Below, piece after piece: positions 12,345 through 24,233 of a stretch of DNA of 64,000 nt. The DNA comes from Antedon mediterranea (taxonomy: Eukaryota; Animalia; Echinodermata): positions 30,377,648 to 30,441,647 of the forward strand of contig NC_092673.1 of the NCBI RefSeq assembly GCF_964355755.1. Reading direction: 5' to 3'. Position numbers and translations under genes: made by a program. The notes under the pieces were generated by a model, which ran no database searches, was not told the origin of the DNA, and saw only the letters and a list, made by a program, of their open reading frames with translations. Every line of letters begins with the position of its first letter. Positions within the stretch are counted from its first letter, which is position 1.

Positions 12345-15300
12345 TTAACAGTCCTCAATATCACCTTCAAATGGTATTTCAAGTTCACTCACAACTGACA
12401 TGAACGATTCAATCACTGTATCTTCAGCCGTTGGTGGCTCCATGTTTTTCAATTCATCTACAATCTTTTGTATTTCATCAGCAGCTTTGTCAAGATTACC
12501 CTTATGCATGTCAATTGATGTTTTGACGATTGTGTATATATCAAATCCAATGGCCAAACGCTATTCCAACTATTTTGAATGACATACCAACTATCCTCAA
12601 TCCGATTTCATCAAGACTTTGTCCGACTAAATAAATTGAATAATAATGTAATTATTAATTTATGATAATGCTTTAAGTTGACCAAAACACATGTACACAT
12701 TTGACACGCAAGGGTATTGACAACATATACACATTCGTCATAAAGTTTTCGATATCAGGATAATCACATTTAAATTACTGACAAAAAATTTACAACATAT
12801 ATTGCAACATTAACTTTAAAACATTATTTTGAATTTATATGGTTTAATAATCATAGAGCGAGACGGTACTGACTCTTTTTGAGTTTGATAGTGCAATAGA
12901 AATCTTACCAGATGATGCCGTTTTTAATATTCCAGTGAAGACCTTGCCGCTTTCGGTTACTATCTCGAAAACCTTTTGACGACCACATTCATCGACTAAA
13001 ATATAAATAGATATTTAGTGTTTTACTAACCCACCATTCGGAAACACAAGTAATCGAGAACAAGTCTGATCATATACTGTATACCTGAATAAAATTCACT
13101 TTCGTCGGAATATATCTCATTATCGAACACTATTTAAAAAAATCCGAAATCGTCATACCAGTATTACAGGGGAGAACTAGAGATTGCTATCTTGCTTCTA
13201 AAAGCAATGTTTGGGATCAAGTCAAAATTATTCTGCTAACATTTATTATTGCCTAAACATTTTTACTGCAATAATAACCTATGATTTTAGGCATTCATTG
13301 CAATAAACAGTGTGTATGCCTACCTCAAAATAAACTTCAACAAGACATATTATTGCAATAAATATACAGTATAATGATTTTAACTTACATTTAGAGCTGA
13401 TGCTTATAACCGTACCGATGACCTGCATGATACTCTGTCCGATTACTAAACGATTAACAAGAACAGATAGAAAATGCATTATTTCATGCAAGTGGAATTA
13501 AACTTTCGATGTCACAAGCGTTTTTCCATTATCATACTATACAGTAGTAGGCCTACATTGTTTTTACGATAATTTCAGTGTCCAGATGATTTTCATAAGA
13601 TTTTGGTACAGATTTCTTAAATTTCCTTTCAGTATGTATTCAGTATAATTGCTATGCTAACATTGGGCATGTACTAAAACTATACTTAGGGCAATATGTT
13701 TTTATTTATATACCTTTAAGGTAAGATCTTACCGGAAAAAATCCAGTGGATGCGGCAAAGTTTCTAATGAAATTCACTAGTCCTATACTACTTACATATA
13801 GCAACCTCGACTGCCTCTCCAACTTTCTTGAAAAAGGCCACGACTTTACCAATCTTCTGTGCAGTTTGTATGTAGATTTTAAGATCATTTTGATATCTCT
13901 CTCGAACGTCTTTCATATTATCAAACATGACGTTATCTTCTTCTATCAGTTTATTTGCTTCGTCACCTCCTTGACTTGATAATATTTCAGCTGCAATCGA
14001 GGCACCAACTGCCGTAGCTCCACCCGCACCCGCAATAACACCTCCAGCTATTAGAATCGGTCCCTACACCAAGAGTTGCGATAGATATGCCTAATCCAAT
14101 CACACTCAAAATGCCACCAACGATCGACACTGAAGACCCAGTTAGCTTGGCAATATTCGCCGAGTATCTATGATTTCTGACTCTCTCAACAATCGCCTGC
14201 AGATTTTCTATCAATGTATTCCGAGCATTCGTCCATTGAGTTGATGCTTTCTCCAGTGCCAGTCGATCGTCCTCGTTCACTTTCAAACTATCTATAAAAG
14301 ACTTTGTCGTCTGAAATTCTATTTCCAAACTACCAAACAAGATTTCAATCACTGGTATTGCAGGAATAACAACATTCGTCAATACAAACCTCATCCTATA
14401 AAAACCAAACAAAAACAAACACGTTTCTAGTGACAACAACTTTTTTTTTTATTTTGTCAGTAGGCCTACTGCATACTGACTAATAAATATCATAACTAGA
14501 ATTCATTTCATTTAATTTCATTTATTTCAATATCATCATCGCAGCCTTAGCTGAATTACAAAGATATTTAAATATTCTCAATATTAAAATTTGTATAAAA
14601 GTATAAAATCAATATTATTATATATAAAAAAGGATGCAATGGACACCAGAAATACTATACAGGAACATTATAAAAGTTTAGCTTAAAATACAGTAGTAAC
14701 ATTAAAAAAAAAACACCAAAAAGGACCAATAAGACTAACATGGACATTAAAAATAGTGAATAAAAGGAAACAAAAAACTGCGCTGAATATTGGGTGATAC
14801 ATAATGATTATTCATTTAGAAGCGAGGTAAGGTATGGTATTGCACTTTTTCTATATCTTTCAACACTGCATTTGGGTTGTTGATACTTTACACGTCTTAG
14901 TTTCATGTTGCTTACATTCTGCACTGGAAACCATTTTCCAAAATGAATACTTTTTGAACAATTCAGAGCAAACTTTACATTCATTGCCTAGTTTGGATCG
15001 CCCAGTTGATTATTTATTCACATGTACTTATCTAGGAAACATAGGCCTAATCGATTATCAATTATATTAATGCCAATATTTTAATGTTCGCCTTTTTATT
15101 CTTTCACGATTGTTATTATTTACTGGAGTTACTTCTTTAACTCTGCCTAGACAAAAGTATTTTGAAGATGATACGAACAATGAAATTATATGAAATACTT
15201 GATACAAAAGTCAAATTTCCAAAGATGTTTATTATGGGTAGAGTCATAGAAAATTAAAAAAGTAGGCAGTAGGGTGCATTGGATTAGACAATCTTTTGTT

Positions 15301-15832
15301 ACAATTTATTTGGCAAGCAAGAGACACTGCCGACCTTTCATTTTCCGGCTATAGAACAATGGACATTTCATGTTGTAAAATATTGTTTTAATGCGTATTG
15401 GAAATTCCAGTGGTGATGCAAGTTTGGAAAATCCAACTTGTCATAAAAAAAATAAAATTTCCTGTTAAGGATGAACAATCATTGCAACATTTTATGTAGA
15501 GCAGGTTAGGGCCTAAATAAAAATATATTCATTCCAGAATCATTAAAGCACACACGCATTTTGAGACAAATATAGTGTTAAATCATAGTAAAAAGTTAGG
15601 CCTCTTTATTTGAAAATGTATTATGATCTTACTTCCAAGAAAATGAGCTTTCCCCTGTTTGTTCTTTGAATATTGCAACCGTAAGCTCTCGTCCACTTGA
15701 TTGTTTGATTTCGTCGGCGATGGTTAACCATGATTTGTTATCCTTTTCATTTCCATTTAGATCAATTGATTGCTGAATACGCTTAATGGCAGAATCACTA
15801 ATGTTTTTAAGAATTACCTGTGAATGTCCCAT
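12345..15832 (-). pseudogene. ApoL-like gene copy 2 with putative N-terminal Death-like domain; frameshifted
   Basis: Coding exons 15633-15832, 13796-14395, ~13389-13445, ~12909-12995 and 12345-12626 parallel the intact copy. A 2-bp deletion near 14061 (GGG A--CCG ATT) and a frameshifting deletion near 12555 break the frame. Non-coding exon 1 donor near 16696. Confidence 0.75.
14530..14960 (-). mobile_element. 3' fragment of a CR1/L2-group LINE in an intron of ApoL copy 2
   Basis: Minus-strand translation KWFPVQNVSNMKLRRVKYQQPKCSVERYRKSAIPYLTSLLNE* resembles ORF2 C-termini; (ATTTC)n-like tail at ~14500-14530. Confidence 0.5.
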
Positions 15833-16896
15833 ACTTTATTCGTGTTAGCATTGAAGAGAATACTGAAAATGAATAAATGTACATCGGGTTAAATTAGGCC
15901 GACACTGAGAAAAGGCAATTTTGAAATAAAACTAAAAATGGATTTTTTTGCAGCTTACTGCTTAAACACATTAAGTTCTGCTAATTGTTTTAAATATCTT
16001 AATTAGATTTACGCTATACTATTAATATCACCACTATATGGCGTACTCTAAACTTTAAAAGCCAGGTGCGGGCAAAACATTTCCATTGATCATTTATATT
16101 CCAATAATTACCGATCTATATAGTTTCCGCCTATGTTTCATAATTTTTGGGATTTTATTTATGTTACACGAGCTTGTTGAAAATAAGCACTTTCTTATCA
16201 GTGGAGGGATAGTTCAGATTACACAGTAAAATCTCTATTCTTTTGTACACACATTTTGTAAATATAAAGGCATTTTAAAAAGCTATGACAAATAAACAGT
16301 GTGGTAAAAAATGTTATTAGATGACTAAATATAGGTAATAAAACTTGAATTTTACATTTCTGGTAGTAGAGCATAATAAGGAATATCATCTGTTTCTTTC
16401 CCTTCAATAACCGGTATAATGTTGGCTAATGTGTGGATTGACATTTGGACGGTTGAAACGAAATCATTCATTCTTATTCGTTAGACCTGATATCTTATAA
16501 TAAGTAAAGTAAGCACCGACTGAATGACTGAATGACCGAACGTACACTTCAACTAATATTTCCGAAGTTTCGTGATGCCGTTTAAACGTTCCACTATCTT
16601 AACACGTCGTATTTATATAAGGGTGAACATTAGGCACTATAATGTCTTATATAGCTATCATTCGAATTAATAACTAATGTACTAATAACAACATACCTGT
16701 AAAACTAAACGTACCCTCTTGTAGGTCTACTGTGCGAGTGTTCCTGCTCCTGTATTCTGAGCAGTAACTAAACGATATGAGGTATGTCAGAACACTCACT
16801 GTTTTCCAGCTGAAGAATGTTTTCAAGTAAATAAAACTGCGACTTGTGTCACCCTCTATGATTCAAACGCCATGCCCCCACCCCCTGTACCCTTAA

Positions 16897-17542
16897 TGTC
16901 GTGGTCCGAACAAATAAAGAGGAGAAAACACTTGGTTTCTTTCCTTCAGTGCGATTTTATTAGTTTCGTCAAATCATTACATAGGCATAAGTCATTTCAG
17001 GTACAAGAATTCGAGATTTAAGATATAAGATTCAAGCCCTGCAAAATACGAATAACAAATAACAATTGCCACTGTATCTAACAGTCAATTATAACAATAA
17101 GTAATAATGTAATAATTCACAACACTAATACAACAACGAACAATCACAATAATAATAGTACCTCAAGTTATCAACACCAACGTATGTATGACACAGCATC
17201 AACTCGTGATAACAAGATAACAACTCCTGATTATTATACTTCCGACTGAGCAAAACTAAGATAAATATTGTAAATGCAAGTTTCATTAATCGTAAGCATG
17301 ATTATAGTTAACATATGGTAAATCAGTTGCTTATATATATACAAGTTAAGCTTAGTACTTACAAAATAAGAACATATCAATAGCTTAAACAAACTCTCAA
17401 CCAAAACTGTAGTAACATAGCGAGAGCCAACAAAACGAACAAAAAACCCGCTCTGCTTACGCACAGTCTTTTATCACACAGTGTCACCTGTATTCCAATT
17501 ACAGAATGACTACGCAGCGCCCTCAATACTCAATTCATCACA
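16897..17542 (-). repeat. 3' LTR (646 bp)
   Basis: Near identical to 22875-23529; adjacent polypurine tract (- strand GGGCGGGGAAGA, 17543-17554). Confidence 0.95.
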
Positions 17543-17613
17543 TCTTCCCCGCCCGGAAGTACTTTTGCCCCCAAAAGTAAAGTTTCAATAAAAAAAAAAT
17601 GCAATAGCCATAT

Positions 17614-20600
17614 TTATTTGTTTAGAACAGAAATTTTAAGTCTATGAGGATTACTATTAATACCCTTAGTGGAACGGGTTGACCTTTTCGGAGGAGAACG
17701 GACACTTTGTGTATTCCCACAATGGAATCTAATGTCCTCTAAATCATCCGAATTATCAGAGTCACTTAATACTTCGGATTGAAATGGTAGGCCCAAGGAA
17801 TCATCTACTAACGAATGACCAACTGGATACAATGTATCTTCTCCATTGGATGGGTCTAGAACAAGTTTCCGTCTATTCACATACTTAAGTTCACCACCCC
17901 TTACTGGCCGAATACCAAACACATCATCTGTAGAATTAATTGACTCAATTATATAAGAAGAATCATGAAATTTATCAACAAGTTTATGACGTGAATTAAA
18001 GGATTCCCTCCTAAGCAATACACAATCCCCGATTTTAAGACACTCAACAGGCATCTTAACAACATGCCTCTTTTCTTCACGAATTGCTGCAGCCTTCAAT
18101 CTAGACAATGTTATCTCATAAGCTCTTTTCATCAATTTTGTTTCTTTTTGCAAATATTCCTCCGACCAATAATTATCCAAATTTCCAATCAGACTATCAA
18201 TAGGAATAGATGGCTCTCGACAAAACATCAATAGATACGGAGCGACACCTGTAACACAATGTGGTGTAGAATTATAGATATAAACAATGTGATTAATTAA
18301 CTCAGGCCATCTTCTACGTTCTTTAGGATCCAGAGATCGTAACAATCCACATAAAGACTTATTAAATCGTTCACATTGTCCGTTTCCAGAAGGGTAATAA
18401 CTAGTAGTACGAGATTTGCTAATACCATATAACTTACATATCTCACGAATTACGTTGTTCTCAAATGATTTACCCTGATCAGAATGTAACCGATCAGGAA
18501 CACCATAATGTACAAACCACGAATCCCTTAACACATTAGCAACAGTGATTGCTGTTTGATTTTTACATGGAACAGCCAAAGAAAATTTACAAAAAACATC
18601 GGTCATAACCAGAACATCTTCGTAACACCCCTTACCCCGATCTAATTTTAAGAAATCCAAAGCCAAAATCTCCTGAGGACGGAAAGCCAGTAAGTGTCGA
18701 AGTGGTGGTTTAACAGTAGGAGAGGGTAATTTGCTACGCACACAACGACCACAGCGAGAAATGTAAAGTCTTACTTCATTATTCATCCCCGGCCAATAAC
18801 AACGCCGTCTTAACAAGGACAAAGTTCGATAAACCCCCTGATGCGCCCACTTATCATGACAAAGCTCAATTAAAGTTGAACGCAAATTACGTGGAAATAG
18901 TAATTGTCTGAATGAAATAACAATAGGATCTTTTACTTGCCGATACAAAACACCATTAAATTCAACATAATTGGACCACTCACGCAACCAACCAGATACA
19001 CACTCCGCTTCTGGACGCCCATCCTTTTCCCTACACCATCCAGCCTTCCATAGTTTCCAAACTTCACCTAGCTCATCATCTTTCTGCTGCATATCTGTAA
19101 GTTGCTGAAATGTATAACTTGGTAAAACAGAAGGAATAGACTTAGTTTCCAGAAGGGACTTTGCCATTGAAACTGAATTATCTGAATTTTGGATATCAAC
19201 AATAGCAGTACGAACATGTACCAACAAGCAACAAGCAACAGCCGCCAATGCTTCTTTATTTACACTCTCTTCTTCGAACGGATATCTGCTTAAAGCATCC
19301 GCACACTTATTGTTTGAACCCGGTTTATACTTTATTTCTATGTTAAACATTGCAAGCTGAGCAACCCACCTTAACTCAGTCGCTCCTAACTTAGCAGTTT
19401 GCAAATATGCTAAAGGATTGTTATCCGTGTAAACTATAGCTTTAGTACTCTGAATGTAAGAACCAAATTTATCAACAACGGCCCATTTTAAACCCAATAA
19501 TTCCAATTTGAAACTAGATAGTCCAGCATAGCTTTTCTCTGATCCACGTAACCCACGACTTGCATACGCAATAGGATGAAGAATCTGGTTATCGTCCCGC
19601 TGAGACAAACATGCCCCTATCCCATTACCACTAGAATCCACCTCAATAATGAACTCTCTATCAAAAATAGGATAAGCTAACACAGGTGGAGTCACTAAAC
19701 TTTTCTTAAGACTTTCAAATGCAATTTGTTGTGGTAAACCCCAATGAAATGTACTTATTTTATCTTTACCGACTCCAGCACGACCATTCCCCGCCCGAGA
19801 TGCTGCCATATGGGTAATATTATGGAGCGGCGATGCAATCTTAGCGAAATTCGGGACGAACCTCCGATAATACGAGGCAAGTCCAAGGAAGGACTTAACC
19901 TCAGTAACATTTTTTGGAACAGGCCACGAAACGACTTTATCAGTCTTACCTACATCAACAGAAACACCTTTACTCGAAATGACATGACCCAGATAAGCGA
20001 CTTCTTCCCTAAACAAATCACATTTTCTTCCTTTCACCTTTAACCCATACCTCGCTAACCTACTAAACACCTTATCTAGTCGATTCAAATGTTCATCAAA
20101 CGTAGCTGAAAAGATAAGAATATCATCAAGATATAAAACAACTTCAGAGAGATTCAAGTCACCCAGTACATACTCCATTACGCGTTGGAACGTGCTTGGA
20201 CTGTTCGTAAGACCCTGTGGCATCCGCAAAAACTCGTACAATCCCCACGGCACCCGGAACGCTGTTTTACCAATAGAATCATCAGCCATGATTATTTGAA
20301 AAAACCCATGTGCCAAATCAAGGGTTGAAAACCAACGAGAACCGGTTAAAACGTCAAGTACCTCATCAATTCTAGGTAAGGGAAATGAGTCTTTCATAGT
20401 ACGCCCATTCAATTTACGATAATCTATGCACAAACGCAAAGAATTATCCTTTTTCTGAACCAAAACGATGGGACTGGCGTAATCACTTTTTGAAGGCCTA
20501 ATAATACCCTGATTTAGCATTTCTTGTAGCATTGCTTTAACTTCTTTAATATTATTAGGATGGACTCTACGATATGGCAATCTAATAGGTACATTGTTAC

Positions 20601-20874
20601 TAATTAATGAAATTGAGTGAGGTATTACATCGCACTTCCCAACATCATAGGGACCTGTAGAGAAAACATGTTTGTAATTATTTAACAGCAAAAAAACTTT
20701 GCGCTCCTTATCTCTAGGTAAGCCTTTCAATAGTAAACCCGGAGGACAGACCAACTCAGATTCTGCAACAATGCTACGTTTATGAAACGGATAATTACCA
20801 TCAACCAGCTCAGAACCGTTGGAACACACATTATCCGGTGGCAATACACACATTGACTTCATGTAACTTATCAC
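17614..20874 (-). CDS. pol: Gypsy Pol: RT, RNase H, integrase
   Basis: LRLCIDYRKLN, MPQGLTNSP, YLDDILI (RT); DSSGNGIGA, YTDNNPL (RH); HHCC zinc finger HDKWAH...CGRC, LHSDQG, GNGQCERFN (IN). Confidence 0.95.
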   Translation of the reverse strand: MISYMKSMCVLPPDNVCSNGSELVDGNYPFHKRSIVAESELVCPPGLLLKGLPRDKERKVFLLLNNYKHVFSTGPYDVGKCDVIPHSISLISNNVPIRLPYRRVHPNNIKEVKAMLQEMLNQGIIRPSKSDYASPIVLVQKKDNSLRLCIDYRKLNGRTMKDSFPLPRIDEVLDVLTGSRWFSTLDLAHGFFQIIMADDSIGKTAFRVPWGLYEFLRMPQGLTNSPSTFQRVMEYVLGDLNLSEVVLYLDDILIFSATFDEHLNRLDKVFSRLARYGLKVKGRKCDLFREEVAYLGHVISSKGVSVDVGKTDKVVSWPVPKNVTEVKSFLGLASYYRRFVPNFAKIASPLHNITHMAASRAGNGRAGVGKDKISTFHWGLPQQIAFESLKKSLVTPPVLAYPIFDREFIIEVDSSGNGIGACLSQRDDNQILHPIAYASRGLRGSEKSYAGLSSFKLELLGLKWAVVDKFGSYIQSTKAIVYTDNNPLAYLQTAKLGATELRWVAQLAMFNIEIKYKPGSNNKCADALSRYPFEEESVNKEALAAVACCLLVHVRTAIVDIQNSDNSVSMAKSLLETKSIPSVLPSYTFQQLTDMQQKDDELGEVWKLWKAGWCREKDGRPEAECVSGWLREWSNYVEFNGVLYRQVKDPIVISFRQLLFPRNLRSTLIELCHDKWAHQGVYRTLSLLRRRCYWPGMNNEVRLYISRCGRCVRSKLPSPTVKPPLRHLLAFRPQEILALDFLKLDRGKGCYEDVLVMTDVFCKFSLAVPCKNQTAITVANVLRDSWFVHYGVPDRLHSDQGKSFENNVIREICKLYGISKSRTTSYYPSGNGQCERFNKSLCGLLRSLDPKERRRWPELINHIVYIYNSTPHCVTGVAPYLLMFCREPSIPIDSLIGNLDNYWSEEYLQKETKLMKRAYEITLSRLKAAAIREEKRHVVKMPVECLKIGDCVLLRRESFNSRHKLVDKFHDSSYIIESINSTDDVFGIRPVRGGELKYVNRRKLVLDPSNGEDTLYPVGHSLVDDSLGLPFQSEVLSDSDNSDDLEDIRFHCGNTQSVRSPPKRSTRSTKGINSNPHRLKISVLNK

Positions 20875-22459
20875 AAGCCACTGGAACAGCTGTATTAAAG
20901 TGCTTTAAAGAAACAAAAATTTGGGATTGCTCATCATTAACTCTCAAGACTACCTCAGCCCTACCAGTACAAGGCGAAGCTGTTTTCGCACCAACTACCT
21001 TACCCAAGGTTTCCAGAATTCTCGGATCATCTTGAATATAACGTAAAATATTACATCCTGTCAAAATTGGATAAGAAACATTGTTATTACATGCACTATC
21101 AGAAACAATGAGAAAACTACCCAACAAATTATGCCCTAATATTTCAATTGGAACTTCAACATAGCCCTCAATCGGAACTTCAACACCACAGACGCCAATC
21201 ACATTGGTAAATAACTTGTCTGCACTGTGTAAACCACCCAGCTCAGATTTTAGAATTCTGTGATAAATTGAAGAAGGAATGATAGATGCTTCCGCTCCTG
21301 TGTCAAGAACTGAACCCAATTCAACTGAACCAAACTTTATAACAGCACAAGGGCTTTGGGCAACTAAACGGCTAAGCAAAGAGGATTCCGAGGGCTCTCG
21401 TAAATCATTAGGGGGAATAATTTTATCTTCCACAGAAACAACCGGAATTTGAACAGAACCTAGATTATGATTATCTGTAGATGGTTCGGGCTTTGACTTC
21501 CTAACTCTACTTGGACATTTTGCAGCAAAGTGGCCGACCTTTTTACATTCCCAGCAGAGACCTGGAGGCATTTCACAATTATCTCTATTATGACCAAATT
21601 GTCCACAATTAAAACAACGACGGGGTCCACTTCTATTAAAAGAATTATTAGTAGTATTTTGGGAAAACTTACATAAACTCTGTTGAAGTTGATCTAGCTG
21701 TTGTTTAAGAACCTTTAACTCCTTTTTAATTTCACAATTTTCAGATTGGTTTGAATAAGAATTTGTTGGAAAATCTACACCCTGAACTTTCGGTCTATAA
21801 CCCCGTGATGTCTCGCCTTTAAACAATTCAAGAACTTCCTCCCTCATTTCCATAAAGGATTTACCCCTAGACGCCAATTCAATTCTGCGCATTTCACGCC
21901 TAACGAGTGGATCCCGTACCCCTTCTACCAATCTCTGTTTGAGTGTGGAGTCCTGTAAATGTTTGAGAGCATTCTGTTCATTGGGGAAAGAAGCTTCCAA
22001 TAATCGCGAATAAATTTTCATTAACTCTAAACTATATTCGGCCACACTTTCATAATCCAACTGATTACGAGAATAAAACAAAGTATTTAAAGCCGATACG
22101 GATTCATCTGGAGAAAAGGTAGTCTGTAACACTTGAATGGCCTTTTTAACATTTTTGCCTTTACCCAATATGGACATTTGGTAATGTACTTCGTCTTTAG
22201 CCAATCCCCCCAAGTGACTTACTAGGGCATCATATTTTACGTCCCCACCTAGATTATAATGTGTACAATATGTCTCAAAATCTTCGAGCCATTCCCGCAA
22301 CGTGACATCCCCAGGGGATTTTGGACGACCCCTAAATTTAGCCAACTTAATAGGAGGAGGAACTTTTTGAACACCCACACCTTTCAACACATCAGTAAGC
22401 GCAGCAATCATACTATTAATTCCTGTGGTCTCAGTATCGGGTTTCTCAGCTTTCGCCAT
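20831..22459 (-). CDS. gag: Gypsy Gag plus aspartic protease
   Basis: Two CCHC knuckles (CFNCGQFGHNRDNC, CWECKKVGHFAAKC) and protease motifs LDTGA...ILTGCNIL; likely start MAKAEK at 22459 (the ORF is open from 22510). Confidence 0.9.
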   Translation of the reverse strand: MAKAEKPDTETTGINSMIAALTDVLKGVGVQKVPPPIKLAKFRGRPKSPGDVTLREWLEDFETYCTHYNLGGDVKYDALVSHLGGLAKDEVHYQMSILGKGKNVKKAIQVLQTTFSPDESVSALNTLFYSRNQLDYESVAEYSLELMKIYSRLLEASFPNEQNALKHLQDSTLKQRLVEGVRDPLVRREMRRIELASRGKSFMEMREEVLELFKGETSRGYRPKVQGVDFPTNSYSNQSENCEIKKELKVLKQQLDQLQQSLCKFSQNTTNNSFNRSGPRRCFNCGQFGHNRDNCEMPPGLCWECKKVGHFAAKCPSRVRKSKPEPSTDNHNLGSVQIPVVSVEDKIIPPNDLREPSESSLLSRLVAQSPCAVIKFGSVELGSVLDTGAEASIIPSSIYHRILKSELGGLHSADKLFTNVIGVCGVEVPIEGYVEVPIEILGHNLLGSFLIVSDSACNNNVSYPILTGCNILRYIQDDPRILETLGKVVGAKTASPCTGRAEVVLRVNDEQSQIFVSLKHFNTAVPVACDKLHEVNVCIATG

Positions 22460-22852
22460 ATTAATATACACAGATGATATAACGAGTTTAAATCGAAAAT
22501 ATACGAACAACGATCATTCATAAACCAATCTATAAGGTACTATATAAACAATTGATCACAGATAACATATCAACAATATATTTTAACAGATCCACACTTT
22601 TCAATGATTATAATTCCAAGCAAGAGTATTGTATGTCACACATGTCACACCAATTATTAGAATTATCAATTTAAATTATATGGTCAACTTCCCAAATGTT
22701 AAATTATAATCAACACATTCATAAGTATCAAAATTATAATCAACACATTCATATATAAGTATCAATGTTCTTATCTTCTTATCTCCATTCATAACTTGAG
22801 AGCCTAGATTCCGGTAACTGGTCCTCTTCGATCTTGATGCTTGATGCTTGGT

Positions 22853-22870
22853 ATCCTGCTCGCAGCGCCA
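22853..22870 (-). other. Primer-binding site, complementary to a tRNA-Ser 3' end
   Basis: Minus strand TGGCGCTGCGAGCAGGAT, 4 nt after the 5' LTR; complement ATCCTGCTCGCAGCG-CCA resembles animal tRNA-Ser 3' ends. Confidence 0.75.
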
Positions 22871-22874
22871 AGTT

Positions 22875-23529
22875 TGTCGTGGTCCGAACAAATAAAGAGG
22901 AGAAAACACTTGGTTTCTTTCCTTCAGTGCGATTTTATTAGTTTCGTCAAATCATTACATAGGCATAAAGCCGCATAAGTCATTTCAGGTACAAGAATTC
23001 GAGATTTAAGATATAAGATTCAAGCCCTGCAAAATACGAATAACAAATAACAATTGCCACTGTATCTAACAGTCAATTATAACAATAAGTAATAATGTAA
23101 TAATTCACAACACTAATACAACAACGAACAATCACAATATAATAGTACCTCAAGTTATCAACACCAACGTATGTATGACACAGCATCAACTCGTGATAAC
23201 AAGATAACAACTCCTGATTATTATACTTCCGACTGAGCAAAACTAAGATAAATATTGTAAATGCAAGTTTCATTAATCGTAAGCATGATTATAGTTAACA
23301 TATGGTAAATCAGTTGCTTATATATATACAAGCTAAGCTTAGTACTTACAAAATAAGAACATATCAATAGCTTAAACAAACTCTCAACCAAAACTGTAGT
23401 AACATAGCGAGAGCCAACAAAACGAACAAAAAACCCGCTCTGCTTACGCACAGTCTTTTATCACACAGTGTCACCTGTATTCCAATTACAGAATGACTAC
23501 GCAGCGCCCTCAATACTCAATTCATCACA
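22875..23529 (-). repeat. 5' LTR (655 bp)
   Basis: Differences from the other LTR seen by eye: one 10-bp indel, one 1-bp indel, one substitution. Confidence 0.95.
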
Positions 23530-24233
23530 TTAATTTATACTGTATTAAAAAACATGTATCCTTGCTTTAAGGGGCAACAAGAATATGTTGTAGTGATTAA
23601 TCTGGCCTTTCCCTTTTTTAGACTATTTTTGTTCATCTAGTTCAACCAAACATTGTTTTAATTTTCTGATCAGTTAGGTCTATCTTAATATCAATTACTA
23701 GGAACATCTTGGAATGCGATCAGACACAACGTGTGAAAATAACATTTATATACAACGGAAGGACGTAACGCAACGCAAAGTGATTTGGCCAATCTCAAGC
23801 GATGCATTATTCGAACAGTCGCGTGTGATTTGGTCAACATTGACTTGTGACTTTCCAACGCAAAACGACGGTTACGCAATTGAATTATACATAAATAATA
23901 AACAATCATAATAAATATTCGTTCTTATATCGCTTTTGCACAATGCTTCTAAGCGCTTAAAATTTCTTGGGAGCAAACACGAATTGAAACATACTCTCAT
24001 AATGCAGCTAGGAATCAGTGCAAAGTTGTGTATTCACCCTACTATGTACCCATTTACACACATGGGTGGAGAGGCAAACGGAAGTAAAGTATACTTCCTA
24101 AGGATACAACTAGAAATGCGGCGAGATTTGGATTCGAACTCAGGATCTCACGGTCAGTAATCCAACGTCCTACACACGCAGTGTGTACATGCTGTACAAA
24201 AGGGCTCTTAAATGTAAACTCAATTAATATTAA

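Larger units (their letters stand above)
16897..23529 (-). mobile_element. Full-length Ty3/Gypsy LTR retrotransposon
   Basis: Two TG...CA LTRs, 4-bp TSD TTAA (16893-16896 and 23530-23533), PBS and PPT, gag-PR and RT-RH-IN ORFs in Gypsy domain order. Confidence 0.97.

Noticed and set aside
17234-23451. Identical 76-aa ORFs at 17234-17464 and 23221-23451, possible env or accessory gene
   Set aside because: Lie inside the two LTRs; no room or ORF for env between pol and the 3' LTR.
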